64,000 nucleotides of DNA from Desulfosoma sp. (GCA_037481835.1 JBBFKW010000015.1:61228-125227), one strand, 5' to 3'; shown: positions 30,938-41,256, numbered from the stretch's first letter. Notes: a model not told the origin generated them from the sequence alone. Numbers and translations are program-made.

Positions 30938-31207
30938 TCAGTGGGAATGACCCTCTTCTTTGAGGAAGTGGGCGTGGTATTCGTTGTCCGAGAGGTGCTT
31001 TCGCATAAGGTCCGAGAGAAGTTCGAAGAGGGTTTCCATTTCCGAGTTGGAAAGCCGGGGGATGAGCACCTTCAGAAGGGCGTCGTCGGAAAATTTTTGC
31101 AGGTAGACCATGAGGGTCTTTTCGTCGAGCTCACGCGAGAAGCCGAAGGCCACCATGCCGTCGTAATCTTCCACGAAGCGGTGCGAATGCTTGGATCCCA
31201 TCCCCAT
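30938..31207 (-). CDS. Small conserved-looking hypothetical protein
   Basis: RBS GAGGAAGG; natural composition (YLQKFSDD..EYHAHFLKE). Confidence 0.75.
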   Translation of the reverse strand: MGMGSKHSHRFVEDYDGMVAFGFSRELDEKTLMVYLQKFSDDALLKVLIPRLSNSEMETLFELLSDLMRKHLSDNEYHAHFLKEEGHSH

Positions 31208-31359
31208 CCTTCCTCATCGTGCAGGGCCGCCGAACCGACGAGCCCGAAAAAGGGGCGAAAGACGTCGGCGGGCGCCGGAGTAAGCCCCCGCCGTGCATCA
31301 CCCATCCTTCGCCATCTCCTTTTCTTCACCCATCACTCAAGACTCAAAAACCTTATGTT

Positions 31360-32700
31360 TCACTCCTCGCCCATGTAGTAGTCCAGGCCGAAATGGGTGA
31401 TCTGTTCTTCGCCCATGAGGTATCTCAAGGTGTTTTTGAGCTTCATGAGCTGGATGAAGAGGTCGTGTTCGGGATAGAGGCCTTCCTTGTGCATGGGGCT
31501 CTTGAAGTAGAAGGAAAGCCATTCCTGGATGCCCGACATGCCGACGCGCTGGGCCAGGTCCGTAAACAGGACAAGATCCAGGCACAAGGGGGCGGCCAGG
31601 ATGCTGTCCCGGCACTGGAAGTCCACCTTGATCTGCATGGGGTAGCCCATCCAGCCGAAAATATCGATGCAGTCCCAGCCTTCCTTGTTGTCGCCCCGGG
31701 GCGGGTAATAGTTGATGGTCACCTTGTGGTAGTAGTTCTTGTAGAGGCTGGGATAGAGTTGAGGCTGGAGGATGTATTCCAGAACGGAAAGTTTGCTTTC
31801 TTCTTTCGTTTTGAAGGAATCCTTGTCGTCCAGGACCAGGCCGTCCCGGTTGCCGAGAATGTTGGTGGAATACCAGCCTTCCAGGCCGAGCATGCGGGCT
31901 TTAAGGCCGGGGGCCAGGATGGTTTTCATGAGGGTTTGGCCGGTCTTGAAGTCCTTGCCTGCGATGGGGACCTTCTTTTCCTTGGCCAGGGTCACCATGG
32001 CGGGGATATCCACCGTCAGATTGGGCGCTCCGTTGATGAAGGGAATGCCGCTTTCCAGGGCCGCCAGGGCATAGATCATGCTCGGGGCGATGCGCGGATC
32101 GTTTTTCTTTACGGCGTCCAGGAAGGCGTCCAGGGACTGGTGGGGCTCTTCGGGCTTGAGGTAGACTTCGGTGCTGCCGCACCAGATCATGACGCAGCGC
32201 TCAATCCCCTGATCTTCCTTGAACCGGGCGATGTCTTCCTTGAGGGCTTCCGTGAGGGCCCGCAGATCGGCCCCCGCCTTGATGTGGTTGCCGTCCAGGT
32301 TCTTGACGAAACGGCGGTCGAAGACCGCTTTCATGGGCTGGATGGTTTCGAGAAAGTCGCGAATGGGATCCAGGTGCTCTCTGCGAAGCACCCTGGCGAA
32401 CAAGGCGGCGTCGTATCCGTTGGCTTCGTAGATGTCCCAGCCTGCGAAAACGATATCCTCGAGCGAGGCCAAGGGGACGAAATCCTTGATGCGGGGGACT
32501 CGATATTCGTTGCGCTTTCCCAAACGGATGGTGCCCATTTGGGTCAGGGAGCCGATGGGTTCTGCAAGGCCCCGGCGGACGGCTTCCACGCCGGCGACGA
32601 ACGTCGTGGCCACGGCTCCTCCGATTCCGGGAATCAAGACTCCAAGTTTCCCACGGGCCGGTGCAATATCCTGCTTGCGCTTGAGGTCCTTTTCCAGCAC
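31360..32700 (-). CDS. ino1: Myo-inositol-1-phosphate synthase
   Basis: GIGGAVAT, CGSTE, NGAPN, GKDFKTGQT, NILGNRDG, RDSILAAP. Confidence 0.95.
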   Translation of the reverse strand: MLEKDLKRKQDIAPARGKLGVLIPGIGGAVATTFVAGVEAVRRGLAEPIGSLTQMGTIRLGKRNEYRVPRIKDFVPLASLEDIVFAGWDIYEANGYDAALFARVLRREHLDPIRDFLETIQPMKAVFDRRFVKNLDGNHIKAGADLRALTEALKEDIARFKEDQGIERCVMIWCGSTEVYLKPEEPHQSLDAFLDAVKKNDPRIAPSMIYALAALESGIPFINGAPNLTVDIPAMVTLAKEKKVPIAGKDFKTGQTLMKTILAPGLKARMLGLEGWYSTNILGNRDGLVLDDKDSFKTKEESKLSVLEYILQPQLYPSLYKNYYHKVTINYYPPRGDNKEGWDCIDIFGWMGYPMQIKVDFQCRDSILAAPLCLDLVLFTDLAQRVGMSGIQEWLSFYFKSPMHKEGLYPEHDLFIQLMKLKNTLRYLMGEEQITHFGLDYYMGEE

Positions 32701-32836
32701 GGTCGTTCCTCCGTTTGTCCCAAGATGGAAGTCCCCCTAAGGCTCTCGCTTTGCGCCGCCGCCGCACTTTTTTCGATGTGCGGCGCGGCTTTCCTATAGG
32801 CCCGGGGTTGCTAAGGTGTCAAGAAAAAGGCCGCTT

Positions 32837-33412
32837 TCACGGGCCGGTCCCGAGGCCGCCCGTCGTGATGCCTTCCAGGCGGAGCAGGGCCTTTTTCAGG
32901 TCTATCCCTCCGGAATAACCGCCCAGGGACCCGTTTTGACCCACCACTCGATGGCACGGCACGACGATGGCTGTGGGGTTTTTACCGCACGATTGTCCCA
33001 CGGCCCGAGCCCCTTTCGGGCATCCCACACTTCGGGCGATGTCCCCGTAGGTCACGGCGGCCCCGTAAGGAATTCGGCACAGCTCGCGCCAGACCGCGCG
33101 CTGGAAAGGCGTTCCCCCGATCCAGTCCACGGGGACGTCGGGATGTCGTCCTGAACCACGGAGGTAATCCGTCAACGCTCGCCGGGCCGCTCGGGACACG
33201 TCGTTCCCCTCCCAGAGCACGTCATGGCCGGGAAACAGGGCGCGAAAAAAGGGTTCGGCCACGGCCCGCATGTCGGAAGGCTCAGGGTCTCCCGGCGCGT
33301 GGGGAAACCCGGGGCCGAACACGTGACAGGCGCAGAGTCCCTTCGCTGTTGCCCCCGTAATGATCCATCCCCATGAAGGCTCATGGAACCCATCGATCCA
33401 GATCACGGCCAC
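32837..33412 (-). CDS. ogt: Methylated-DNA--protein-cysteine methyltransferase
   Basis: GTPFQRAVW, TYG, ARAVG, PCHRV; start uncertain. Confidence 0.92.
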   Translation of the reverse strand: MAVIWIDGFHEPSWGWIITGATAKGLCACHVFGPGFPHAPGDPEPSDMRAVAEPFFRALFPGHDVLWEGNDVSRAARRALTDYLRGSGRHPDVPVDWIGGTPFQRAVWRELCRIPYGAAVTYGDIARSVGCPKGARAVGQSCGKNPTAIVVPCHRVVGQNGSLGGYSGGIDLKKALLRLEGITTGGLGTGP

Positions 33413-33417
33413 GGCTC

Positions 33418-34071
33418 TTATCCTTCGTCGTCCATGAGAAAGTCGGTGATGTACGGGTTGGTTTCCATCTCCCGGCCTACCGTCGATGTGGGCTGATCGC
33501 CGTAGTCGTGTCCCGGCCAGACGATGGTTTCCGGAGGAAGGCGTGTGATCCTTCGGAGGGATTCCAAGAGCTGCTCGAAAGAGGCGCCGGGAAGGTCGGT
33601 GCGGCCGACGGCGCCCACAAAGAGCGTATCCCCCGTGAAAAGATTTCCGTCGATGAGGATACAGCAGGCGCCGGGAGTATGGCCCGGGGTGTGGATGAAA
33701 CGCATCGTGAGGGAACCGAAGGTCAGGGTGTCGCCGTCCTGGACCCGCACATCGGCCGGAGGGCTGATGGGAAATCCCATGGCCAGGGCGAAAGCCTGAT
33801 TTTCCGGCATCTGGAAGAAATCGTCGTCCAAGGCGTGCATCACGATGGAAGCGCCCGTCAGTTCCTTCATGCGCCGGTTGCCGCACGTGTGATCCGCATG
33901 CCCGTGGGTGTTGACAATGTAGCGACAAACGGCTTTATTGGCTCGAAGCAGCGCGGCCAGCTCCTCCTCGTTCCCCGCGGGATCGATCAAAATCGCCTCC
34001 CCCGTCGCTTCATCCATGACGAGGTAGCAGAAGACTTCCATCACGCCGACCGGCTTTTGCACGATTTTCAT
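33418..34071 (-). CDS. MBL-fold hydrolase (glyoxalase II-like)
   Basis: THGHADH, TPGHTPG, TGDTLF, PGHDY. Confidence 0.93.
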   Translation of the reverse strand: MKIVQKPVGVMEVFCYLVMDEATGEAILIDPAGNEEELAALLRANKAVCRYIVNTHGHADHTCGNRRMKELTGASIVMHALDDDFFQMPENQAFALAMGFPISPPADVRVQDGDTLTFGSLTMRFIHTPGHTPGACCILIDGNLFTGDTLFVGAVGRTDLPGASFEQLLESLRRITRLPPETIVWPGHDYGDQPTSTVGREMETNPYITDFLMDDEG

Positions 34072-34153
34072 GGCGCTTCCCCCTTTTGAGATCCATCCGA
34101 TCCGCTGGTAAACCCGCCGTCGGTTGTCCACAAGCCGTGGAAAGGCTTTTAAA

Positions 34154-35032
34154 ATGGATCAGGATGACCCGAATGTCAAAAGATCTCCATCGGCTGCAGC
34201 CGAAGGCGAGCGCCCGCACCCGACGGCTTCCCCGGAAAGCCTTTGCGTTCTGGAATGCCTGGTTCCGGCCGGGGCAAGCGGGGACATCCGCTGTGAAGGC
34301 TTGCTGGGGAGCTGGCGCGAACCGCCTTACGCCTATTTTTTCTTCGAAGGCCGTGCGGGAGACAAGGCGACGGCCTCTGTGGAGGCCATGGGCTTTCGCG
34401 TGACGGGCCGCTACGAGTTGGCCTATGAACAGTGGCAGCGCCTGCCGAAGCGCCTCCTGGATGTGGGCCCGTTTCGGATCGCCTTCGAGCCCATTCAAGA
34501 AAAGAGGCCCCCGGACGTTCGCCACGTCATCGTCCTCAATCCCGGCTTGGTCTTCGGCTCAGGCATGCACCCCACGACACAGCTGTGCCTGCGCCTCCTC
34601 GGCCGGGTTTTTCGCCCCGACGCCATGATGACCGTGGTGGATTTGGGCACGGGAACGGGGGTTCTCGCTCTAGCGGCGGCTCGGCTGGGAGCCCGCCGGG
34701 TCGTGGCCGTGGATGTGAACCCTCTGGCCGTTCGGGAAGCCGCGGCCAATGTTCGGCAAAACGGCCTGTCGGGAAAAATTTTCCCCGTCGCCGCACAAAG
34801 CCTTGACGCCATCGGCCCTTTCGGAGATGTGCTCCTCATGAACCTGGAATGGCCCAGCCTGCGCGCCGTGCTGGAGACCGACTCCTGGAAACCCTTTCCA
34901 TACGTGCTCTGCAGCGGGTATCTCCAAGAACACTCGCCCTTCGTCCGGGCCAAGCTTTCCCAAACCCACACCATCCGAGCGGCGCTGGCACACGAAGGAT
35001 GGGGGGCTTCCTTTTGGACCCGCCCCACTTAG
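34154..35032 (+). CDS. PrmA-like methyltransferase
   Basis: [24 protein letters not shown]. Confidence 0.82.
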   Translation: MDQDDPNVKRSPSAAAEGERPHPTASPESLCVLECLVPAGASGDIRCEGLLGSWREPPYAYFFFEGRAGDKATASVEAMGFRVTGRYELAYEQWQRLPKRLLDVGPFRIAFEPIQEKRPPDVRHVIVLNPGLVFGSGMHPTTQLCLRLLGRVFRPDAMMTVVDLGTGTGVLALAAARLGARRVVAVDVNPLAVREAAANVRQNGLSGKIFPVAAQSLDAIGPFGDVLLMNLEWPSLRAVLETDSWKPFPYVLCSGYLQEHSPFVRAKLSQTHTIRAALAHEGWGASFWTRPT

Positions 35033-35115
35033 GGTAAAGACAAGGCCGGGATCTCAACGCTCGGCCTTGCGGGCGAGCCCTTGCCGACGCCGATTGGGCC
35101 GCAAGGGTTCGGTGT

Positions 35116-35144
35116 TGACAAACTTTGGGTCGTTTAATAGAAAC
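35116..35144 (+). promoter_or_regulatory. Candidate sigma70 promoter of the liu-like operon
   Basis: TTGACA-N17-TAGAAA about 200 nt upstream of the ATG. Confidence 0.45.
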
Positions 35145-35348
35145 AACTGACCCCGACTGCTGAAGGTTTGTCCCGTTCCCCTTGCCTTCCTTCCAGCGCC
35201 TGCGGCTTTAGCACCGGGATCCATTCCGCTCGCGAATGCGTTGGCAATCCGAGGGTGGAACGCTCGGCTTTTCCAGCATTTCTGGTCGATTCGGTGTTTT
35301 CGGACTCATTGGGGTGGACTGACGGATCGGTTCGGTGAGGAGGCTGCC

Positions 35349-36533
35349 ATGGATTTTCAGTTGAGCGAAGAACAGCGCATGATCAAGGAGACGGTTTACA
35401 AGTGGTCCGTAAACGAGCTCGGTCCCATCCAGGAAAAAGTGGACGAGGAGGACTGGTTCCCGCCGGACTTTTTCCAAAAATGTGCGGAAATCGGCATCCT
35501 CGGCATCACGATCGATGAAAAATACGGCGGCCTCGGCGGCGACGTGCTCATGCAGACCCTGGCCGTGGAAGAAATGAGCCGCATCTGTCCCGGCTTGGCC
35601 ATGACCTACGCGGCCCATTCCAACCTGTGCATGAACAACATCCACAAGAACGCCAATGAAATGCTCAAGGAGAAGTACTTGCCGCCCATGGTGCGCGGCG
35701 AAAAAATCGGCGCCCTGGGCCTCACCGAACCCAACGCCGGCTCCGACGCCATGAGTCTGCGCACCCGCGCCGAGAAGAAAGGGGACAAGTACATCCTGAA
35801 CGGCACCAAGATGTTCATCACCAACGGGCCCATTGCCGACGTCATGCTGGTCTACGCCAAGACGGCTCCGGAGAAGGGTGCCAAGGGCATCAGCGCGTTC
35901 ATCGTGGAAAAGGACTTTCCCGGCTTTTCGGTTTCCCGCAAGCTCAAAAAATGCGGCATGCGCGGTTCGCCCACCGGCGAGCTGGTTTTTGAAGACTGCG
36001 AAGTGCCGGCGGAAAACCTTGTGGGTGAAGAAAACATGGGCGTCCACGTCATGACCAGCGGGCTCGACATCGAGCGCATCGTGCTGGCCGGCGGATCCAT
36101 CGGCATGGCGCAACAGGCGTTGGATTATTCCGTCAAATATGCGGCCGAAAGGGAACAGTTCGGACAGCCCATCGGCAAGTTCCAGATGATCCAGCAGAAG
36201 TTGGCGGACATGTACGCCCGCACCGAAGCGGCCCGCCTCTTGGTCTATCGGGCGGCTGAAGTGGCGCAAAACGCCCCGCGCGGCGGTAAGGGGACGGAAC
36301 TCACCAAGCAGGCGGCGGCGGCCGTGCTTTTCGCTTCCGAGACGGCCACCTGGGTGTGCAACCAGGCCATCCAGATCCACGGCGGCTACGGCTACTGCCT
36401 GGAATTTCCCGTGCAGAAACTGTGGCGTGACGCCAAACTTTACGAAATCGGGGCGGGAACCAACGAAATCCGGCGGATCGTCATCGCCCGGGAGCTGCTC
36501 CGCGAGGCTTTCGCTCGCGCCGGCAAGGCCTAG
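35349..36533 (+). CDS. liuA: Isovaleryl-CoA dehydrogenase
   Basis: AHSNLC, TEPNAGSD, GLDIER catalytic Glu, YEIGAGT (IVD pattern). Confidence 0.92.
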   Translation: MDFQLSEEQRMIKETVYKWSVNELGPIQEKVDEEDWFPPDFFQKCAEIGILGITIDEKYGGLGGDVLMQTLAVEEMSRICPGLAMTYAAHSNLCMNNIHKNANEMLKEKYLPPMVRGEKIGALGLTEPNAGSDAMSLRTRAEKKGDKYILNGTKMFITNGPIADVMLVYAKTAPEKGAKGISAFIVEKDFPGFSVSRKLKKCGMRGSPTGELVFEDCEVPAENLVGEENMGVHVMTSGLDIERIVLAGGSIGMAQQALDYSVKYAAEREQFGQPIGKFQMIQQKLADMYARTEAARLLVYRAAEVAQNAPRGGKGTELTKQAAAAVLFASETATWVCNQAIQIHGGYGYCLEFPVQKLWRDAKLYEIGAGTNEIRRIVIARELLREAFARAGKA

Positions 36534-36605
36534 AACCTGATTGTCTCCAAAGGGGCTGGGGAGTCGTTGTCACGATTGCTGAAAGCAGAGTGCAGGGAGG
36601 GGGCC

Positions 36606-37388
36606 ATGGAGCAACCTGTCGTCCTGGAAGAGCGCAAGGACCAAACGGCGATCCTCACGCTGAATCGCCCGGAGGTTATGAATTCTTTCAATTTCGCCAT
36701 GCTGCGCGGGCTGAAGGACAAGATCGAAGCCCTGCGGTTTGATCCGGAGATTCGGGTCGTCATTATCACCGGGGCGGGGGACAAGGCCTTTTGCGCCGGC
36801 GCCGATTTGAAGGAACGGGCGACCTTATCGGACATTCAGGTCAAGGAATTCATCCACACCATCCGGAATCTCTTTTCCGCCGTGGAAGACTTGCCCAAGC
36901 CGGTCATTGCCGCCGTCAACGGCGTTGCTCTGGGCGGCGGCACCGAATTGGCCCTCGCCTGCGACATCCGCATCGCCGCCTCGACGGCCACCATGGGCCT
37001 GACGGAAACGCGGCTCGCCATCATTCCCGGCGCCGGCGGCACCCAAAGGCTCCCGAGGCTGGTCGGTCGAGGCAAAGCCAAGGAGCTCATTTTCACCGGG
37101 CGGCGGGTCGGCGCCGAGGAAGCGCTCCAGATCGGCTTGGTCAATTCTGTGGTCCCGCCGGATAAGCTCATGGAGGCGTGCCTGGAGATGGCCGCCATGA
37201 TCTGCGAAACGGGTCCCATCGCCATCCAGCAGGCCAAGTACGCCATCAACTACGGGCTGGAAACGGATCTTCACACGGGCTTGGGCATCGAATCCAATGC
37301 GTACTGGATTACCATTCCCACGGAAGACCGCTTGGAAGGGCTTGCCGCTTTCCGCGAGAAGCGCAAACCCGTCTACAAGGGAAAATGA
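36606..37388 (+). CDS. liuC: Enoyl-CoA hydratase (methylglutaconyl-CoA hydratase-like)
   Basis: FCAGADLKER, ALGGGTELALACD, ETRLAIIPGAGGTQRL. Confidence 0.88.
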   Translation: MEQPVVLEERKDQTAILTLNRPEVMNSFNFAMLRGLKDKIEALRFDPEIRVVIITGAGDKAFCAGADLKERATLSDIQVKEFIHTIRNLFSAVEDLPKPVIAAVNGVALGGGTELALACDIRIAASTATMGLTETRLAIIPGAGGTQRLPRLVGRGKAKELIFTGRRVGAEEALQIGLVNSVVPPDKLMEACLEMAAMICETGPIAIQQAKYAINYGLETDLHTGLGIESNAYWITIPTEDRLEGLAAFREKRKPVYKGK

Positions 37389-37435
37389 GGGGTGCGTGAG
37401 GCCGACCGATCCGGCGGGAAGGAAAAGGGTGACGT

Positions 37436-39037
37436 ATGAGCGATGCGCGAGCGGAAAACAGGGCTTTTTGGGAAAACGAAGAACTGAAACTGGATGAGCG
37501 GGTCTACGAGGCCATGTGGCCCGGCGGGGAGGCGGCCGTGCAGAGGCTGGCCAAGCAGGGAAAACAGCCCGTGCGCCAGCTCATCCAGAAACTCATCGAT
37601 CCCGGCACGGAATTCTATGAACTGAGCCGCCTGGCCGGTTTCGGGATGAACTATCCCGAAGTGGACGATGTGCCCTGCGGGGGGATCGTCACGGGGATCG
37701 GCAAGATCTACGGCAACTGGACCATGATCATCGCCAACGACAGCCGGGTCAAGGCGGGAACCTACTTTCCCATCACACTGAAAAAGCACATGCGGGCTCA
37801 GGCCATTGCAGAACGATGCGGCCTGAACTGCGTCTACATCGCCGACTCCGGCGGGGCGTTCCTGCCCATGCAGGCGGACGTCTTTCCCGACGACGGTCAT
37901 TTCGGCTCCATGTTTTACAACATGGCCCGCATGTCCGCCCAGGGGCTCAAGCAGATCACCCTGAGCACGGGAGGCAACACAGCGGGCGGCGCCTACATCG
38001 TCTTCATGGCCTGTCAGGCCGTCATGATCGAAAAGCTCGCCTACTCATTCCTGGGGGGGCCTCCCTTGGTGAAGGCCGCCACGGGAGAAGTGATTTCCGC
38101 GGAAGACCTGGGCGGAGCCCGGGTGCACACCCAAATTTCGGGAGGAGCCGACCACTTCTGCCGCACCCAGGACGAAGCCATCGAGAAGGTCCGGGAAATC
38201 CTTTCGCTGGAGCCGCCCCAAAAGCTCCACATCCACCGCTATGCTGAATCTCCGCCTGTGGTTCCCGTGGAAACCATCTACGAGGAGCTGCCGGCCAAGA
38301 TCCATCAGGGGATCAATGTGAGGGCCGTCATCCAGGCGATCGCCGACGACAGCCATTTCATCGAATACAAGAAAAACTACGCGCCCGGCCGGGGGGACAA
38401 CATCGTCACGGGAAAGATCCGCCTCAAGGGCATTCCCGTGGGGATCATCGCCTCCAACGGATTGGGCATCATTTTCGTGGAAGCGGCCCGCAAGGCCACC
38501 GAATGGATCGTGCGCTGCTGCCAGGAAAAGACGCCGCTTCTCTTCATCCAGAGTTCCCCGGGTTATATGGTGGGTTCGGAATCGGAACACATGGGGATCG
38601 GCAAATACGGCGCGGACATGGTTCGAGCCGTCTCCTGCGCCCAGGTGCCGCGCATTCAGCTCGTCATCGGCCCCGACAACGGCGCCGCCAACTACGGCAT
38701 GTGCGGCCGCGCCTACAGGCCCCATTTTCTGTTTTCCACCATGAGGGCGCGCACCTCGGTGATGAGCGGTCGGTCCGCGGCCGAAGTGCTCCTGTCCATC
38801 GAAGAGCGCAAGCGGGCCGCGGAAGGCAAACCCATGAGCGATGGGGAAAAACAAGCTTTTCGCATGCAGATGATCGAAAAATACGACGGGGAAGCCCATC
38901 CGTTTTTCTGCGGAGCCCGGCTGTTGAACGACAGGGTGTTGAAGTTCCGGGAAATTCGAGACTGGCTGGCCATGGCTTTTGAGGTCAGTCTGCTCAAACC
39001 CATTGGTGATCCGGCTTTCGGCAACCTGCGGTTCTAG
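37436..39037 (+). CDS. liuB: Acyl-CoA carboxyltransferase (methylcrotonyl-CoA carboxylase beta-like)
   Basis: KAGTYFPIT.KKH.RAQ, DSGGAFLP, TAGGAY, NYGMCGRAY. Confidence 0.88.
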   Translation: MSDARAENRAFWENEELKLDERVYEAMWPGGEAAVQRLAKQGKQPVRQLIQKLIDPGTEFYELSRLAGFGMNYPEVDDVPCGGIVTGIGKIYGNWTMIIANDSRVKAGTYFPITLKKHMRAQAIAERCGLNCVYIADSGGAFLPMQADVFPDDGHFGSMFYNMARMSAQGLKQITLSTGGNTAGGAYIVFMACQAVMIEKLAYSFLGGPPLVKAATGEVISAEDLGGARVHTQISGGADHFCRTQDEAIEKVREILSLEPPQKLHIHRYAESPPVVPVETIYEELPAKIHQGINVRAVIQAIADDSHFIEYKKNYAPGRGDNIVTGKIRLKGIPVGIIASNGLGIIFVEAARKATEWIVRCCQEKTPLLFIQSSPGYMVGSESEHMGIGKYGADMVRAVSCAQVPRIQLVIGPDNGAANYGMCGRAYRPHFLFSTMRARTSVMSGRSAAEVLLSIEERKRAAEGKPMSDGEKQAFRMQMIEKYDGEAHPFFCGARLLNDRVLKFREIRDWLAMAFEVSLLKPIGDPAFGNLRF

Positions 39038-39138
39038 GGCTGCCGAATGTGTGAAACCGCCTCACATGCCGCCCCAAGAAGGAAGCAGTGATAGGCGACC
39101 ATTCCAATCCCCCATCCAACGTCCAAGGAGGACTGAGT

Positions 39139-40158
39139 ATGGCAACGTTGCATTACCCGAAGAAAGTGGTTCTGGGCGACATCACGGTTCGAGACGGCTT
39201 CCAGCACGAAGAAAAGTACATCCCCCTCGAAGCCAAGCTGTGGGTGGCCGAACAGCTTGTGCTCGCCGGATTCCGGCGCATCGAACTCACCAACCTGGGC
39301 AACCCAGCAGGCATGCCCCAGTTCAAGGATGCGGACGAGCTCCTGAAACGATTCCGGAACAGCAAGAAAATTGCGCATCTCATCAAGGATGTGGAAGTGA
39401 CCTGCGTTACCATCCGGGAAAAGGCCGTGGAACGCGCCATCAGGGCCCGGCAGGAAGGTTACGGCCCGGATAGGATCCTCTTCATGGTTTCCACCAGCGA
39501 ATCGCACCACAAGAAGAATTCGGGGACGACTTTGGCCGAATACTGGAAGATGTGCGAGGAATACATCCCCAAGGCCCATGCGGCGGGCATGAAGGTCTGC
39601 GGCACGGTGAGCACCATCTGGGGCTGTCCCATCGAAGGCCCCACGGAACTCAAGAAAGCCGTGGAATTCACTCAACGGTGGTTGGATATCGGCGCCGACG
39701 ACATCGAACATGCGGACCACGACGGGTCGGCTCCGCCCAACAAGGTCTATGAATACTTTTCCATGATCCTCGACGCCATTCCGGACCCGACCAAGCACAT
39801 CGCCCATTTTCACGTGACCCGAGGCTGGGGCCTGGCCAATGTGCTGGCGGCCCTGCAGGCGGGGATCACCCACTACGAAGGCACCATGGGCGGCATCGGC
39901 GGCCAGCCGGCCAATTTCGTGGACGGCGTCCCCGTAGCCGGCACGGGCTCTTACTATTACGTGGATCCGTCCATCGTGGGCCTGGTGTGCATGGAAGACA
40001 TGGTGGTCATGATGGACGAAATGGGCATCGACACCGGGCTGGATGTGGACAAGGTCCTGGAAATCGGCCAATGGGTGGAAAAGATCGTCGGGCGTCGGCT
40101 CCGTTCTGAATGTGTGCGCACGGGCCGTATCCCCAAGTCCATGACCGGTCGCGGTTAG
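39139..40158 (+). CDS. HMG-CoA lyase-like DRE-TIM metallolyase
   Basis: VRDGFQHE, HFH; GGIGGQP in place of GGCP. Confidence 0.85.
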   Translation: MATLHYPKKVVLGDITVRDGFQHEEKYIPLEAKLWVAEQLVLAGFRRIELTNLGNPAGMPQFKDADELLKRFRNSKKIAHLIKDVEVTCVTIREKAVERAIRARQEGYGPDRILFMVSTSESHHKKNSGTTLAEYWKMCEEYIPKAHAAGMKVCGTVSTIWGCPIEGPTELKKAVEFTQRWLDIGADDIEHADHDGSAPPNKVYEYFSMILDAIPDPTKHIAHFHVTRGWGLANVLAALQAGITHYEGTMGGIGGQPANFVDGVPVAGTGSYYYVDPSIVGLVCMEDMVVMMDEMGIDTGLDVDKVLEIGQWVEKIVGRRLRSECVRTGRIPKSMTGRG

Positions 40159-40171
40159 TCGACGCACAATG

Positions 40172-40195
40172 GGGGCGCGGCCCGTGCCGCGCCCC
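40172..40195 (+). terminator. GC hairpin after the liu-like operon
   Basis: GGGGCGCGGC-CCGT-GCCGCGCCCC; no strong U tract. Confidence 0.45.
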
Positions 40196-40273
40196 ATCCC
40201 TCCAAGTTTGCCGTTGCCTCCAAACCCCGCCGTGCCGTATTGATGAGAAGAACAAAGCGTCGAGGGGGCGTCC

Positions 40274-41233
40274 ATGGAATACGGCATCCGGCGGTACGAA
40301 TCATCCCAGCGGTTGTGGTGGTTTGCCTTTCTTCTCTTGTGCCTCCTCGGAGGCCTTCCCGCCTCGGGGCGACTCCAGTCGTGGTTCAGCCGCTCCCTTG
40401 CCGGCGGATCACTCAAGCCCAAGGAAGCCCTGCAGGGAGCCGATTTTTGGCTGAGCACCCCGTGGGCGTCCCAAGGGCTCTTGGGATCGGTGATCTTTTA
40501 CCTTGCCGGAGTCTTATATGCTTGTCTGGTTTTGCGGACTTTGTGGTTGGGCCTTCAACTGGTAGGGACTTTTGTGGTGGCCAGGACTTTAAAAAGGCAC
40601 CTCGGCGCCGTGCCCAAAGGGCCCATGCCCGGTCGGCCGGAGTGGCTCATGGACAATCCCGCCAAAGCCCTTCCCGGGGAACGCCTGGCGCGTGAAGCGT
40701 CCCGATTACCATGGTCCCTCTTTTCCCTGGCCCATAAGCGACTTCGACTCCTCGTTTCGGACGGCCGGGGCATCCCCTCTTCCGACGAGATGGTCCAAAG
40801 GGAACAGCGGCTGGAAGGGGTGGACTGGCACTTGGTGGGCTCGTCCTGGGACGCCTTTCGCTCCCTCAGCCGAGCGCTCCCGCTTCTGGGCTTTGTCCAG
40901 TCGGTGTGGGTCTTTTACCTGTGGATCCAACCGATCCTGGAGGGCACCCAGGACCTGGGAAGCACCGCCGTGGCGGGTGTCGCCAGCCTGCTGGCCCTGG
41001 TGCAGACCGTCGGAGCGGCCCTTGCGTTCGGCTTGGCCTCGGGATTTCTCTCCCGCCTCGAAAACCTCTATCTTTCCCGCTTGGACGGCCTCTTCTACGA
41101 TCAGCTCCTGGCCCGCGTCCCCCTCCACAACGCGGACACCCTCCTCATCCTCAAGACCCTGGCGACCCATTTCCAGGACATCCAGGAACGGCTCAAACGC
41201 TTGGAACAGGCCGTGACACGCGAACGGCCCTGA
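40274..41233 (+). CDS. Membrane protein, distant MotA/TolQ/ExbB-like
   Basis: Several TMs, ALPLLGFVQSV resembles PLLG..GTV. Confidence 0.6.
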   Translation: MEYGIRRYESSQRLWWFAFLLLCLLGGLPASGRLQSWFSRSLAGGSLKPKEALQGADFWLSTPWASQGLLGSVIFYLAGVLYACLVLRTLWLGLQLVGTFVVARTLKRHLGAVPKGPMPGRPEWLMDNPAKALPGERLAREASRLPWSLFSLAHKRLRLLVSDGRGIPSSDEMVQREQRLEGVDWHLVGSSWDAFRSLSRALPLLGFVQSVWVFYLWIQPILEGTQDLGSTAVAGVASLLALVQTVGAALAFGLASGFLSRLENLYLSRLDGLFYDQLLARVPLHNADTLLILKTLATHFQDIQERLKRLEQAVTRERP

Positions 41234-41256
41234 ACCCGAGGGAAGTATCGTGCCGG

